Shown: positions 37,599-46,775, counted from the stretch's first letter. The stretch is 64,000 nucleotides of DNA from an uncultured Candidatus Saccharibacteria bacterium (GCA_964460855.1 CAYWQH010000002.1:7506-71505); one strand, 5' to 3'. Numbers and translations: made by a program. Notes: a model not told the origin generated them from the sequence alone.

Positions 37599-37836
37599 TA
37601 TACGAGCCGGGTTTGGGATTCGTATCCGCTGCGCGGATACTTCAGCCAGGCTGGCGGCCACCGAGCGGGGAGCCCGTGGCCGTAGAGTCCCCTGGGGCGC
37701 CCGGAACGTATAGAAACGGTAGTATGGCGCAAGCGCCGTGCAAGTATCGCGGGTAGCCCGCCATACCCGTTTCAAAGCGGAGGTAACACTCTGCTGGACC
37801 CGTGCATCTTCGGATGCACGGGTCCTAATTCTTTTA
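37599..37836 (+). ncRNA. unclassified structured RNA candidate (about 235 nt) with its own terminator
   Basis: It follows an AT-rich TATAAT/TATATA spacer. Long-range helices pair 37599-37611 with 37700-37712 and 37714-37727 with 37761-37772. Nested GC hairpins are present. A 13-bp stem with a UUCG loop (37796-37825) plus TAATTCTTTT ends it. Confidence 0.4.
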
Positions 37837-38484
37837 TGAGCCTAAAATATTTACGGCGCGGGCGGCGACCAGGCCGATTGTTAGTAAAGATACGATTGCC
37901 TGGGTACCCATTAGCATCTTAGTTATATGGGTCAGCGGCAGGGTATCGGTGGGGCTGAAAGCGGTGGCATTTGTCATGGAAACGTATTGATAGTCAAAAA
38001 AGGTCGGTTTCCATTTGTTATCTTCGGGCCGGCCGGATACGAATTGCGGAAACTGGAAATGTTTTAAAGCCAGCTTGTTATGAAAGCCGGTGAGTCCGGG
38101 GCTGTCAATTTCCCAATACCATAATCCAAACACAATAATATTTGTAAGAAAAATCGCCAGTGCCGCGCCGATTAATTGGCGGCCCGGTACGGTTGAGCCG
38201 TGGACTAAGGCCCAAATTACTTTATTAAGCGAAGCTATATTAGCCAGCGAAATTAAAAATATTAGAGCCAGGGCAATGCCGCGGTTGATGCTGCCGGTAT
38301 TTAAATGCCGCCGGGGCGCGGTTATTATAACTGCCAGCAATAAGACCAATTCAATTCCGGCAAATAAATATTGCGGCCCGGCAGCCAGGCCGGGGTTTAA
38401 CGTAGCCTGCAAACTAATGGCGATCGCTAAGGCGATCTCGGCGTGCAGCAGTTCTTTTTTGGTTATTTCGGTTCCCAGGCTCAT
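37834..38484 (-). CDS. DUF1345-family membrane protein
   Basis: The polytopic protein has a WYWEIDSPG...FFDYQYVSMTNATAFSPTD region typical of DUF1345. Confidence 0.75.
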   Translation of the reverse strand: MSLGTEITKKELLHAEIALAIAISLQATLNPGLAAGPQYLFAGIELVLLLAVIITAPRRHLNTGSINRGIALALIFLISLANIASLNKVIWALVHGSTVPGRQLIGAALAIFLTNIIVFGLWYWEIDSPGLTGFHNKLALKHFQFPQFVSGRPEDNKWKPTFFDYQYVSMTNATAFSPTDTLPLTHITKMLMGTQAIVSLLTIGLVAARAVNILGS

Positions 38485-38497
38485 TTGTCTGGCTTTC

Positions 38498-39142
38498 TTA
38501 TTTAACTCTCGTACAAAGATCGGCAGTTACCATTGCGACATTTGTGGTGCCTTTATAGGTGCCAGAGGCACGGCCTACACCAACAAATCTGAAATCTTTA
38601 GAAAGTATTATACTTCTGTGAGTCGCAGACGACATCCATGAGTGTACGACTGCTGCCGGAGCAGTGTAGCTTTGGGTGCCCCATTGTAAAACTTCGCCCA
38701 TATAGCCTGCTCCGCAGACCAATGACATGCGTTGCGCAGCTGTTGTACCGCCCGGCGTGGTATGTGAAAAATAATCACGATTTATCATATCTGCTGAGTG
38801 GCGGCGGGCAACAGTAGTTAAACCCCCGTCGGCGCTAAGTGCCGGAACTCCAACTTTAGCGCGCTCTATATTAATATCTTTTAAAATGCTTAGCTCAATG
38901 GTACTGGGGGTAGTATTACCTACGTAGGTAAGGCTGGTAGCTGAGGTATTTACAGTGCCTGTGCTGTTAACACTATAAGCATCGATTATCGTTGAGCTTG
39001 CCGCTTCAATTGGTTTTGTTTTATTGTCTAAATATTGCCCAACTCCAATAAACACGCCCACCATTATTAAAAGTCCGACTATTGATATAGGTATATAATT
39101 TTTCTTAATAAATTTTTTTGATTTCGTTTGTTTTTTAGCCAT
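38498..39142 (-). CDS. CAP/SCP (PR-1-like) domain protein with N-terminal membrane anchor
   Basis: ARRHSADMINRDYFSHTTPGG...HSWMSSATHRSIILSKDFRFVGVG are CAP domain motifs. Confidence 0.85.
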   Translation of the reverse strand: MAKKQTKSKKFIKKNYIPISIVGLLIMVGVFIGVGQYLDNKTKPIEAASSTIIDAYSVNSTGTVNTSATSLTYVGNTTPSTIELSILKDINIERAKVGVPALSADGGLTTVARRHSADMINRDYFSHTTPGGTTAAQRMSLVCGAGYMGEVLQWGTQSYTAPAAVVHSWMSSATHRSIILSKDFRFVGVGRASGTYKGTTNVAMVTADLCTRVK

Positions 39143-39254
39143 ATTATTCTCTTTTAATCGAGAGTATATTATGCCTATGCTTAAGTCAAGAAGGCGGCTT
39201 CCCTCAAAAAATTTGGATGAAGCCTGACAAAAAGGTAAAATTTATCTGTTTTAA

Positions 39255-39329
39255 TGGGATGTGGCCAAGTGGTAAGGCGCCTGACTCTGGATCAGGAGAT
39301 CGTAGGTTCAAATCCTACCATCCCAGCCA
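39255..39329 (+). tRNA. tRNA-Gln (anticodon CTG), CCA encoded
   Basis: Acceptor TGGGATG/CATCCCA, anticodon arm CCTGA-CTCTGGA-TCAGG and T arm GTAGG-TTCAAAT-CCTAC are present. Confidence 0.9.
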
Positions 39330-39421
39330 TAACTACATTTGTGTTAATAAATGTTTACCGTATACTAAAATTGTCATCTTTGCCAGTGCACCTTGAGTGA
39401 TGTCCCCCCGAGAAAGGACAA

Positions 39422-39991
39422 ATGGTGCGACATATTGGAGTATGGGCCAGCGCCCTGCTGCTGCTTCTTGGAGTGGCGGCGCCGGCTTCGGCCCAAGCGG
39501 TGCGCGCCAGCGCGCCGCGCAATGCCCCGGCCGTCCGGGTCACGAACCCGGTGTGCGCCAAGCGGGCCAAGTTCGAACAGCAGCCATGCCAGATGTTCGT
39601 CAACGACATGGCGATCCTGACCAACTACTACAAGTGGGGCCACAGCTCGAGCAAGGCCAAGCGGCGGAAGTACACCCGCCTGCTGAAGCGAAACTTCAAG
39701 GGCCATGCGCTCAAGAAGGTGCTAAAGCGCACGGCGAAGTGGAAAGGCACCATGTTGGTTCGCTACAAACTGGTGTCGATGCTGAGCATCGTGGTTCAGG
39801 ACGACGGCTACCCGAACAACATCATGGTCCACCAGACCTGGTCTGTTCGTACGGCTCCCACCAGCCAGAAGCCGGCGGGCCGCCGATTGTACCACGAGGT
39901 GGTCGCGCCGATCCGCTTCATCCAGATGAGCAACTTCATCAAGCGTGGGGTTCGTCCACCCAACCGGACGTGGGTGATCACGATCCCTTAA
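39422..39991 (+). CDS. high-GC secreted basic protein (189 aa), orphan
   Basis: GAAAGGA RBS is present. A signal peptide MVRHIGVWASALLLLLGVAAPASA-QA leads a Lys/Arg-rich mature part. Codons are GC3-rich, unlike neighbours. The other long ORFs here are alternate-frame artefacts of the high GC. Confidence 0.7.
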   Translation: MVRHIGVWASALLLLLGVAAPASAQAVRASAPRNAPAVRVTNPVCAKRAKFEQQPCQMFVNDMAILTNYYKWGHSSSKAKRRKYTRLLKRNFKGHALKKVLKRTAKWKGTMLVRYKLVSMLSIVVQDDGYPNNIMVHQTWSVRTAPTSQKPAGRRLYHEVVAPIRFIQMSNFIKRGVRPPNRTWVITIP

Positions 39992-40001
39992 CTTGCAAGA
40001 T

Positions 40002-40046
40002 GACAACGGGCCGGCCCTAAACAAGCCGGCCCCTGTCATTTTTTAT
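40002..40046 (+). terminator. intrinsic terminator between convergent genes
   Basis: GGGCCGGC/GCCGGCCC (8 bp) plus an outer GACA/TGTC are followed by ATTTTTTATTT. Confidence 0.65.
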
Positions 40047-41858
40047 TTACTTATCCTGTGATAAAACTAATACGCTATAAGGGCCCAAAGCTAGGCCGCC
40101 AACGCTGCCGTTAACTTGCACGTCGGCCGCCGGAGTATCTTTAAAATCGGGGTTGTAGCCCTTCCAATCGCTATTAAAACGCACCCGCCACAAGCCGTCT
40201 GACGGGAAATTTATTTCGTATTTTGGCCAGGCCTTATTTTTAAAATTAATAATCACCATAACATCGTCGCCATGGCCGCCGAATTCCCAGCGGTGGTAAG
40301 CTAAAACTTTGTTATTGTCGTCGAAGTGCTTTATCGCAATCGATTGGCCGGTCAAACCGTTGGTGTTGCCGTGTTGGTTTTTACGCAGGTCGATTAAATG
40401 CTTGATAGCCAGCACCATACCCGAAAACTGTTTGGCTTTTTCCCAATCCAGCGCTTGCCAGTCGTTAAAGCTGCCGCCTTCCATAAACTCCTGGCCCTGG
40501 AAAAGCATCGGTATACCGGGCGATGTTAACACAAGCGCGGCTGCCATGAGCGACCGGCGGCGGGCATAAATATTGGTGGGGTTGCCCGGGGCGATTTCTT
40601 CGCTTAAACGGGCGCCGCCGTTAGCTGCACTGTCGTGGCTGTCGCTATAAATAATCCGCTGGAACACATCGCCGTTATAGTGCCGGGTTAACTCATTAAT
40701 GACATTTTGAACATTACGGTTGCTGTCGTCTACCGCGTCCAGCGCGCCGCGCAATACCATCGGAAAGGTAACTTCCCATTGGGCGTTAAAACCGGCACCG
40801 CCGTCTTTTACTGGCCTAGTTATAAAGTTATTGCCCGATATGTCTTCGGCTATCGTGATAGCCGCCGGGTTTATTTTACGGGCCAAATTGGTAATTTGCT
40901 GCATTAAGCTCCAGCCATCGGCCAAATCGTTGCCAGGATCGTCGTTATGGCCTTTTACATTGCGCAGGTAAATAGTGGAGTCCAGCCGGAGCCCGTCTAA
41001 ATGGAAATCTTTAAGCCACATCCGGGCATTATCAAAAATATAATCGCGCACTTCGGGCCGGCCGTAATCGGGACGGGTTTCGCCCCAAGGAGTGCTTGAG
41101 CGCCAGTCATTATAAAAATAAATGCCGCCTTTGCCGTCTTGCCCCCAGCCGTCAAACTGCCATAAATCAAGGTTATTATCCGGCCCGAAATGGTTGTAAA
41201 CGACGTCCAAGATAACCCCCATACCTCTTTGGTGGGCGGCTTTTATAAACTCCAAAAAAGCCCGCCGGCCGCCGTACAGGCTTTCGACGGCGTAAATATA
41301 GTCGCTGGCATAGCCCCAGCCGCGGTCCATAGCCATGCTGTTAACAGGCATTACTTCTATCATGTTAATACCCATTTCGGCCAGGTAGTCCAATTTAAGC
41401 TGGGCGTTTTCGAACGTACCGACAGTTGACGGGTCGCTGCGGTTAAATGTGCCGATATGCATTTCGTAAATTACCTGGCGGTTAATGCTGGGCGGCACGA
41501 ATTGGCCGTTACCCCACTCATAAGATGGGTCAACAATCACCGAATTGCCGGCGCTGGTTATAAGCTGAAGCGAGCGTGGGTCGTTTTTTACCAGTTCTTT
41601 TTCACCATTGGTAATGACGAATTTATATTCCTGGCCGGCAATTGCTTTTTTAACGAACACCGCCCAATAGCCGCCGCCTTCATTTTCCATCGCGATGCGC
41701 GACCAATTGTTAAATGAGCCGGTAACTTCGACTTTAGCGGCGAATGGCGCCCATACCCGGAATTCAACCCCGTCTTTGCGCAGCGCGGCACCAATAACTT
41801 TTTTAGTAGTGTTGGGCATACTTTTAAACTTGCTTTTATTATGCTTATGCCTAACCAA
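40047..41858 (-). CDS. GH13 alpha-amylase-family enzyme with N-terminal CBM48 (TreZ/GlgB-like)
   Basis: GVEFRVWAP...VTGSFNNW is CBM48-like. The GH13 regions are GVILDVVYNH, DGLRLD, IAEDISG and IYSDSHD. The true start may be an internal Met. Confidence 0.85.
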   Translation of the reverse strand: MVRHKHNKSKFKSMPNTTKKVIGAALRKDGVEFRVWAPFAAKVEVTGSFNNWSRIAMENEGGGYWAVFVKKAIAGQEYKFVITNGEKELVKNDPRSLQLITSAGNSVIVDPSYEWGNGQFVPPSINRQVIYEMHIGTFNRSDPSTVGTFENAQLKLDYLAEMGINMIEVMPVNSMAMDRGWGYASDYIYAVESLYGGRRAFLEFIKAAHQRGMGVILDVVYNHFGPDNNLDLWQFDGWGQDGKGGIYFYNDWRSSTPWGETRPDYGRPEVRDYIFDNARMWLKDFHLDGLRLDSTIYLRNVKGHNDDPGNDLADGWSLMQQITNLARKINPAAITIAEDISGNNFITRPVKDGGAGFNAQWEVTFPMVLRGALDAVDDSNRNVQNVINELTRHYNGDVFQRIIYSDSHDSAANGGARLSEEIAPGNPTNIYARRRSLMAAALVLTSPGIPMLFQGQEFMEGGSFNDWQALDWEKAKQFSGMVLAIKHLIDLRKNQHGNTNGLTGQSIAIKHFDDNNKVLAYHRWEFGGHGDDVMVIINFKNKAWPKYEINFPSDGLWRVRFNSDWKGYNPDFKDTPAADVQVNGSVGGLALGPYSVLVLSQDK

Positions 41859-41869
41859 TAACGCAAATA

Positions 41870-42607
41870 TTAGCTATAAGGTTGGAGCGGTTCAAATCGC
41901 AAGTATTCAAAAGTCTGCGGCCGGCCCTTATAGGAAATTACTAGAAAATTTTGAGGCACCCACAATGATACGCCGCTATCCACCGGGAATATGGCTGCAT
42001 TTCCAAACACCTTATTATAAGTATCGAATTGGCGCCGCAGCGGCTTGGACCGCAGCCCCCGGTATGGCGCGATGATGTTTAAAGCCACCACACCGCCAGG
42101 CGATAAAATCCGTTTGTAATGTTTAACAGCTTCGCTGTCCGAAAGCGATTTAGGCACTTCCAGCCGCATAAAAGCGTCAATTAATATCAGGTCATACCGG
42201 CTTTTGGTTGCTTCTAATACCTGCCGGCCGTCGGCATGGATAATATTAGCTCTGCTGCTGGGCTGCCAGCCAAAATAGCGCCGGGCTATATCATCCAGGG
42301 CACTGTCCATTTCGATCACATCCAGTTGGGCGGCGGGCAAGGCGGTCAGCAAAACGGAGGGCAGGGTATAAACGCCGCCGCCTATAACCAAAATACGCTT
42401 GGGCTGCAAGCCCTGGGCCAGTTCCAACATCCGCTGGTTGTAGTCGAACAACAAGTCGGCGTCGGCGTCTTTAGGCACCCCGGACAGGGCGGCGTTTTGC
42501 TGCCCGCTGAATAAAACCCGGGCCGGCCGGCCTTCATATACCATGTCGAAAACCTGGTAATGCTCATATTCGGAATCAGTTTCGTACAGCATTTTACTCA
42601 CGGTCAC
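41870..42607 (-). CDS. spermidine-synthase-like class I SAM-dependent methyltransferase
   Basis: RILVIGGGVYTLP (SAM GxGxG) and YDLILIDAF are present. Confidence 0.75.
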   Translation of the reverse strand: MTVSKMLYETDSEYEHYQVFDMVYEGRPARVLFSGQQNAALSGVPKDADADLLFDYNQRMLELAQGLQPKRILVIGGGVYTLPSVLLTALPAAQLDVIEMDSALDDIARRYFGWQPSSRANIIHADGRQVLEATKSRYDLILIDAFMRLEVPKSLSDSEAVKHYKRILSPGGVVALNIIAPYRGLRSKPLRRQFDTYNKVFGNAAIFPVDSGVSLWVPQNFLVISYKGRPQTFEYLRFEPLQPYS

Positions 42608-42657
42608 GCTTTATTATAGTGTGGCGCGGCCGATTTTATTACTGGTATGATAAAACA

Positions 42658-44151
42658 ATGAAAAAAATGGAGCAGCTGGTTTCAGAATTACAACTCATTG
42701 CCCGTTATGGCTCGGCAATGGCACTGTTGGGTTGGGACGAAGAAGTAAACTTAGCTTCCAAGGGCCACCAGTTCAGGGGCGAAGTTAACGCATTATTGTC
42801 CGGAGTTGTTCACCGCCGGGTTACCGACAAATCGTTTCTTAAGTTGGTGGCCGAGCTATGCGAACCGACAGTGTACGACAAGCTGGATGATAGCAGCCAA
42901 ATTATTGTCAGTAATATAAAGCGCGACACCGACCGGGCCAGCAAAATACCAGCCGGCTTCGTGGAAGAACTAAGCCAGTCAACAACCGAAGCATTCCGGG
43001 CCTGGGTTGAGGCCCGCCAAAAATCGGACTTTACTATTTTTGCGCCGGTCCTGGAAAAGCTGGTAAATATGAAACGGCGCCAAGCTGAAATGCTGGGATA
43101 TGCCGAGTCGCCCTATGATGCCCTGTTAGATGAGTTCGAGCCGGAAATGACCAGCCAGACAATCAGTAAATTATTTACGCCACTAGCTGAAAATATTCGA
43201 GATTGTATAAAAATTGCCGCCAAAAACAAGTACTTCGCCTTGCCGCCCAAGGATTACCCGGTAGCTAAACAGGATGCCATGGTTAAGGAGGTCGCCGCGG
43301 CTATTGGCTATGATTTTGACGCTGGCAACATAAGTATCAGCCCGCACCCTTTTACCATTACGCTGCATTCAACTGATGTCCGTATAACAACCAAATTTAA
43401 CCCAAAAGATTTTTGGGTGTCCCTGGGTTCTACCATTCATGAAGTCGGCCACGCCCTTTATGAGCAAGGCTTGCCGGCAAAATATTTCGGCACGCCATTG
43501 GCTGAATCCGTTTCGCTTGGCATTCACGAATCGCAATCGCGCATCTGGGAAAATTTTATCGGCCGCGGGCCGGCCTTCAGCCGGTATTTATACCCATTGC
43601 TGCAAAAGTATTTCGGCGAAACCAACATTACTTACAGCCAGGCTGAACTGCATAAAGCTTTAAACCAGGTAAAACCTAATTTAATCCGCATCGAGTCCGA
43701 CGAAGTAACCTATAACATGCATATAATTTTGCGGTTTGAGCTGGAGAAAGACTTAATCGAAAATAAATTAAAAGTTAAGGATTTGCCGTTCGCCTGGAAC
43801 GAAAAAGTTGAGCACTACCTTGGTATTAAAGTACCTAATGATGCGGACGGGGTTTTGCAAGACGTGCATTGGTCGCACGGTTCGTTTGGCTATTTCCCTA
43901 CTTACACTCTTGGCAATATCTACGCCGCCCAACTCTACGAAACCGCCCAAAAAGCCATTCCTGAGCTTGAAAATAACTTTGCAAAAGGTAATTTTCAGCC
44001 GTTTCTAAGCTGGCTAAGAGAGAATATCCATAGCCAAGGCCGGCGATACTCGGCCCAAGATTTAATTTCGCGGGTAACCGGCCAGCAACTGGATGCCGGT
44101 CCTTTGGTCGAACGGCTGCGCGTAATAGCCGGCCAATCTTTTAAAAAATAA
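42658..44151 (+). CDS. M32 carboxypeptidase (Taq-type)
   Basis: HEVGHALYE (HExxH), GIHESQSRIWEN and IRIESDEVTY are present. I prefer the ATG at 42658 (MKKMEQL) over the upstream GTG. Confidence 0.9.
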   Translation: MKKMEQLVSELQLIARYGSAMALLGWDEEVNLASKGHQFRGEVNALLSGVVHRRVTDKSFLKLVAELCEPTVYDKLDDSSQIIVSNIKRDTDRASKIPAGFVEELSQSTTEAFRAWVEARQKSDFTIFAPVLEKLVNMKRRQAEMLGYAESPYDALLDEFEPEMTSQTISKLFTPLAENIRDCIKIAAKNKYFALPPKDYPVAKQDAMVKEVAAAIGYDFDAGNISISPHPFTITLHSTDVRITTKFNPKDFWVSLGSTIHEVGHALYEQGLPAKYFGTPLAESVSLGIHESQSRIWENFIGRGPAFSRYLYPLLQKYFGETNITYSQAELHKALNQVKPNLIRIESDEVTYNMHIILRFELEKDLIENKLKVKDLPFAWNEKVEHYLGIKVPNDADGVLQDVHWSHGSFGYFPTYTLGNIYAAQLYETAQKAIPELENNFAKGNFQPFLSWLRENIHSQGRRYSAQDLISRVTGQQLDAGPLVERLRVIAGQSFKK

Positions 44152-44235
44152 TCGGCGCCGATAGCCTGTTTTTTTACAGTGTAAACTGGCCTTAAATGCT
44201 ATATATAAGTGGTTAAGATTTATAGGAGAATCGCC

Positions 44236-44352
44236 TTGAGTTCTGATAATTACAATTCAGAATATGACGCCTTAAGGCGTTGGATCGAAGAGAGGGGCTA
44301 TAAACACTTAAGCCGCGACGAAAGTAATGAGTTCGAAGAAGACCTTTACTAA
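44236..44352 (+). CDS. possible 38-aa acidic micro-protein (TTG start)
   Basis: AGGAGA lies 6 nt upstream of the TTG. The ORF reads SSDNYNSEYDALRRWIEERGYKHLSRDESNEFEEDLY. Confidence 0.3.
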   Translation: MSSDNYNSEYDALRRWIEERGYKHLSRDESNEFEEDLY

Positions 44353-44450
44353 ATCGTTGTATAAGTAAAAAACGGCGCCTTTTAGTATAATAAGCAAGCG
44401 TTTGCAAGCAATTTGCCAACGCTTGTTTGATTGTATAGAACGGAAATAAT

Positions 44451-45605
44451 TTGAAATCTAAACCACGGCAGTACTATTTTTCGTACCAGCCAAACGCTAA
44501 AGCTGAAGCCCAAATGCTTAAGCCGCCTCCCAAAGCGCTTAAAAAGCCGCGGAATAAGTTTAAATTGTTTGGAATTTTAATGGCGGCTGTCATAGTTGTA
44601 ATTATTGGCGCCACCGGCTGGCAGGCTTACCACGCGTTCGGTAATATTTTTCATGGCAACGCTTTTGCGATTTTCGGCAGCGGCTCCAAATTAAAAACCG
44701 ACAGTTACGGCCGGACAAACATATTGTTGTTTGGTACGTCGGAAGATGACCCCAACCACCCCGGCGGCGATCTAACCGATTCGATTATGATAGTCAGTGT
44801 CGACCAAAGCCAGCATAACGCCGTTCTGGCCAGCGTTCCGCGCGACCTCTGGGTACGTTATGGCCGCACTTGCCCCGCCGGATCGGCTGGTAAAATCAAT
44901 GCCTTATACAGCTGCGTTAAAGACCGCAGCGGCGAAGACGCCGGCCAGGCGGCTTTGCGGGACACGGTCGGCAATGATTTTGGCATTAATATTCCGTACA
45001 GCGTTCACGTCAATTTTGAAGTGCTGCGAAATTCGGTAAATGCCGTTGGGGGCATTGATACAACGATTAGCAGCCCGGATCCGCGCGGCATAATGGACCG
45101 CAATTTTGACTGGCGCTGTAATTACCGGTGCTTCTTAGTTAAATACCCTAACGGCCCGGTGCATTTAAACGGCGACCAGGCCCTGTATTTGGCCCAGGCC
45201 AGGGGCGAAGGCTTTGGCTACGGTTTGCCCAGGGGTAACTTTGACCGCGAAGCCAACCAGCGCAAAATCCTGATAGCCACCAAGCAAAAAGCAACCAGCG
45301 TGGGCTTTTTAGCTAACCCGGTGGCCGTCAATAAACTGCTGGATTCGCTAGGCAATAATGTGCGGACCAATATATCCGCCAGCGAAGCCAAAACTTTTAT
45401 TAAGGTAATTAAAGATACAGATTCGGCTAAAATCCAGTCGCTTAGTTTAATAGACCAGAAACCGGTGCTATTAACTACCGGCCCCGGTCCGGACGGCAGC
45501 AGCATTGTTCGCCCTGTTGCAGGACTGTACGATTACTCAGACTTGTCGGTATTTATGCAGGCCAAATTCAAAGCCTTAGTACCGCCTCCCGCGACTAAAA
45601 AGTAA
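44451..45605 (+). CDS. LCP (LytR-CpsA-Psr) family protein
   Basis: An N-terminal TM helix is followed by RTNILLFGT...GDLTDSIMIVSVD and a conserved R...D pattern. Confidence 0.85.
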   Translation: MKSKPRQYYFSYQPNAKAEAQMLKPPPKALKKPRNKFKLFGILMAAVIVVIIGATGWQAYHAFGNIFHGNAFAIFGSGSKLKTDSYGRTNILLFGTSEDDPNHPGGDLTDSIMIVSVDQSQHNAVLASVPRDLWVRYGRTCPAGSAGKINALYSCVKDRSGEDAGQAALRDTVGNDFGINIPYSVHVNFEVLRNSVNAVGGIDTTISSPDPRGIMDRNFDWRCNYRCFLVKYPNGPVHLNGDQALYLAQARGEGFGYGLPRGNFDREANQRKILIATKQKATSVGFLANPVAVNKLLDSLGNNVRTNISASEAKTFIKVIKDTDSAKIQSLSLIDQKPVLLTTGPGPDGSSIVRPVAGLYDYSDLSVFMQAKFKALVPPPATKK

Positions 45606-45611
45606 CGGTTT

Positions 45612-46775
45612 TTAGCCGGCGCAGGCGCCGGTGGATACCGGTTGCCGGCCCTGGGCCAGGCCTAGTTCTTTGGCTACTTGGTCGGCGGTTATTACATAGC
45701 CAATATCGGAATATTCAGTGGAAGTGGCAAAAACTACTCCCAATACATCGCCTTCTTTATCGATTAACGGTCCGCCGGAATTACCGGGGCGGACAATCGA
45801 CTTGATACTATAAACGTCGCGGTTAGTTAAACCGCCGCCGTAAATATTGCGCCCTACTGCGCTGAACTCATCGGCAATGGTAGCTAACTGGGCATCAAAA
45901 TTGCCGCCTCCCGGATAGCCGAGCGCAGCCGCCGGGGTGCCGGTTGGCTGTTTGGATGATACGAATGATAAAGGCCGGGCCTTTAAGCCGCTGACCTGAA
46001 GGAACGCTATATCCAGGTTTGGGTCAAACCATACTGCCACAGCCCTGTGCGAGCCGCTTTGGTCTTCAACAACCGGGCGGCGCACGCCGGCTACAACATG
46101 GGCATTTGTAACTACCAGGTCGTTATCAACAATAAATCCCGACCCTTCGGCAATCCCGCCGCATTCCAAGCCCTCGATTTTTACCACCGATGCCTGGTCT
46201 TTGTCGACGGCCGGTTTCATTACTGATGAATCGGGCAGGGATACTTGCGAAGGGCTGGGCTCGCCGCCGGTAAAAACATCCGGGAAACCATTGGGGGCGA
46301 TTAACCGGCTTAATTTGGCGATAAGCGGCGGCGCCGGCGGCAATGTACGGTCCAGGGCGCTGATAAATTTAGACTGCCGGATGCCGTCTTGCAATGTCGG
46401 AAACGGCAGCTTGACGGCTACGCTGGCGATTAGCCAGATAGTTATAAATAGCGTGGCAATGCTGATTAAAACGCCAAAGCTTTTATCAGCCCGGTCCAAC
46501 CGGTGGTGGGTAAGCTTATTTTTATAATGCAGTGCCACGTATTCGCCATAAGCCGAAAAAGCGAAGGCCAGGCCCAGAGTTACCAAAATTGTCAGCAGCG
46601 ACCGCGACAACGGTGACGCCACCAGCCGGATTAAGTATTGCTGCAGCCAGATGCCAATGAACAACCCGATAAAAAAGCCGCCGGCCGAACCAATTTGGCG
46701 CAGCGCGCCCATGTTCCGGCCCCTCATAACGGACGAAAACAAAAATAATATTATGACGATATCAACTATATTCAT
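45612..46775 (-). CDS. CvpA-domain / trypsin-like serine protease fusion (MarP-like)
   Basis: The N-terminus has 4 TM helices and is CvpA-like. The C-terminus carries TNAHVV (His), a spaced Asp and GNSGGPL (Ser). Confidence 0.85.
   Translation of the reverse strand: MNIVDIVIILFLFSSVMRGRNMGALRQIGSAGGFFIGLFIGIWLQQYLIRLVASPLSRSLLTILVTLGLAFAFSAYGEYVALHYKNKLTHHRLDRADKSFGVLISIATLFITIWLIASVAVKLPFPTLQDGIRQSKFISALDRTLPPAPPLIAKLSRLIAPNGFPDVFTGGEPSPSQVSLPDSSVMKPAVDKDQASVVKIEGLECGGIAEGSGFIVDNDLVVTNAHVVAGVRRPVVEDQSGSHRAVAVWFDPNLDIAFLQVSGLKARPLSFVSSKQPTGTPAAALGYPGGGNFDAQLATIADEFSAVGRNIYGGGLTNRDVYSIKSIVRPGNSGGPLIDKEGDVLGVVFATSTEYSDIGYVITADQVAKELGLAQGRQPVSTGACAG

Noticed and set aside
37276-37775. Minus-strand ORFs of 60-124 aa in the sodA/DUF1345 gap
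   Set aside because: They overlap each other, lack RBSs and are Arg/Pro/Gly-rich, as expected from GC-rich structured RNA. The region is bounded by plus-strand terminators.
37440-37830. Local resemblances to RNase P (CGGGCUCC and AACCCGGCU on the minus strand), SRP RNA (AAGGCAGAU...GUGCC...CUGGCAGG on the minus strand) and the ZTP riboswitch (CUGGCG...CCACCG..GGGGAGC...CCUGGGGCG)
   Set aside because: - RNase P: the two P4-like strings are only about 60 nt apart and GGAAAGUCC is absent.
- SRP: there is no GGAA tetraloop or AGCA domain IV motif.
- ZTP: the motif is interrupted, has wrong spacing and has no downstream gene.

I treat all three as chance matches pending Infernal.
39340-39421. Possible homology between the island-3 upstream region (TTTAC...ATTGT...GCCAGTGC) and the cassette promoter and leader
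   Set aside because: The spacing differs (16 nt versus 19 nt between the TTTAC and ATTGT blocks). The shared strings are short, so the evidence for a common origin is insufficient.
39374-40039. Overlapping ORFs 39397-40020 (+), 39393-39620 (+), 39374-39706 (-), 39355-39624 (-) and 39722-40039 (-)
   Set aside because: This is the same GC artefact. The 39422-39991 frame alone has an RBS, a signal peptide and a GC3 pattern.
44213-44419. 68-aa Arg-rich minus-strand ORF in the M32/LCP intergenic region
   Set aside because: It has no RBS and an extreme basic, low-complexity composition. The plus strand holds a better RBS-preceded micro-ORF and hairpins.
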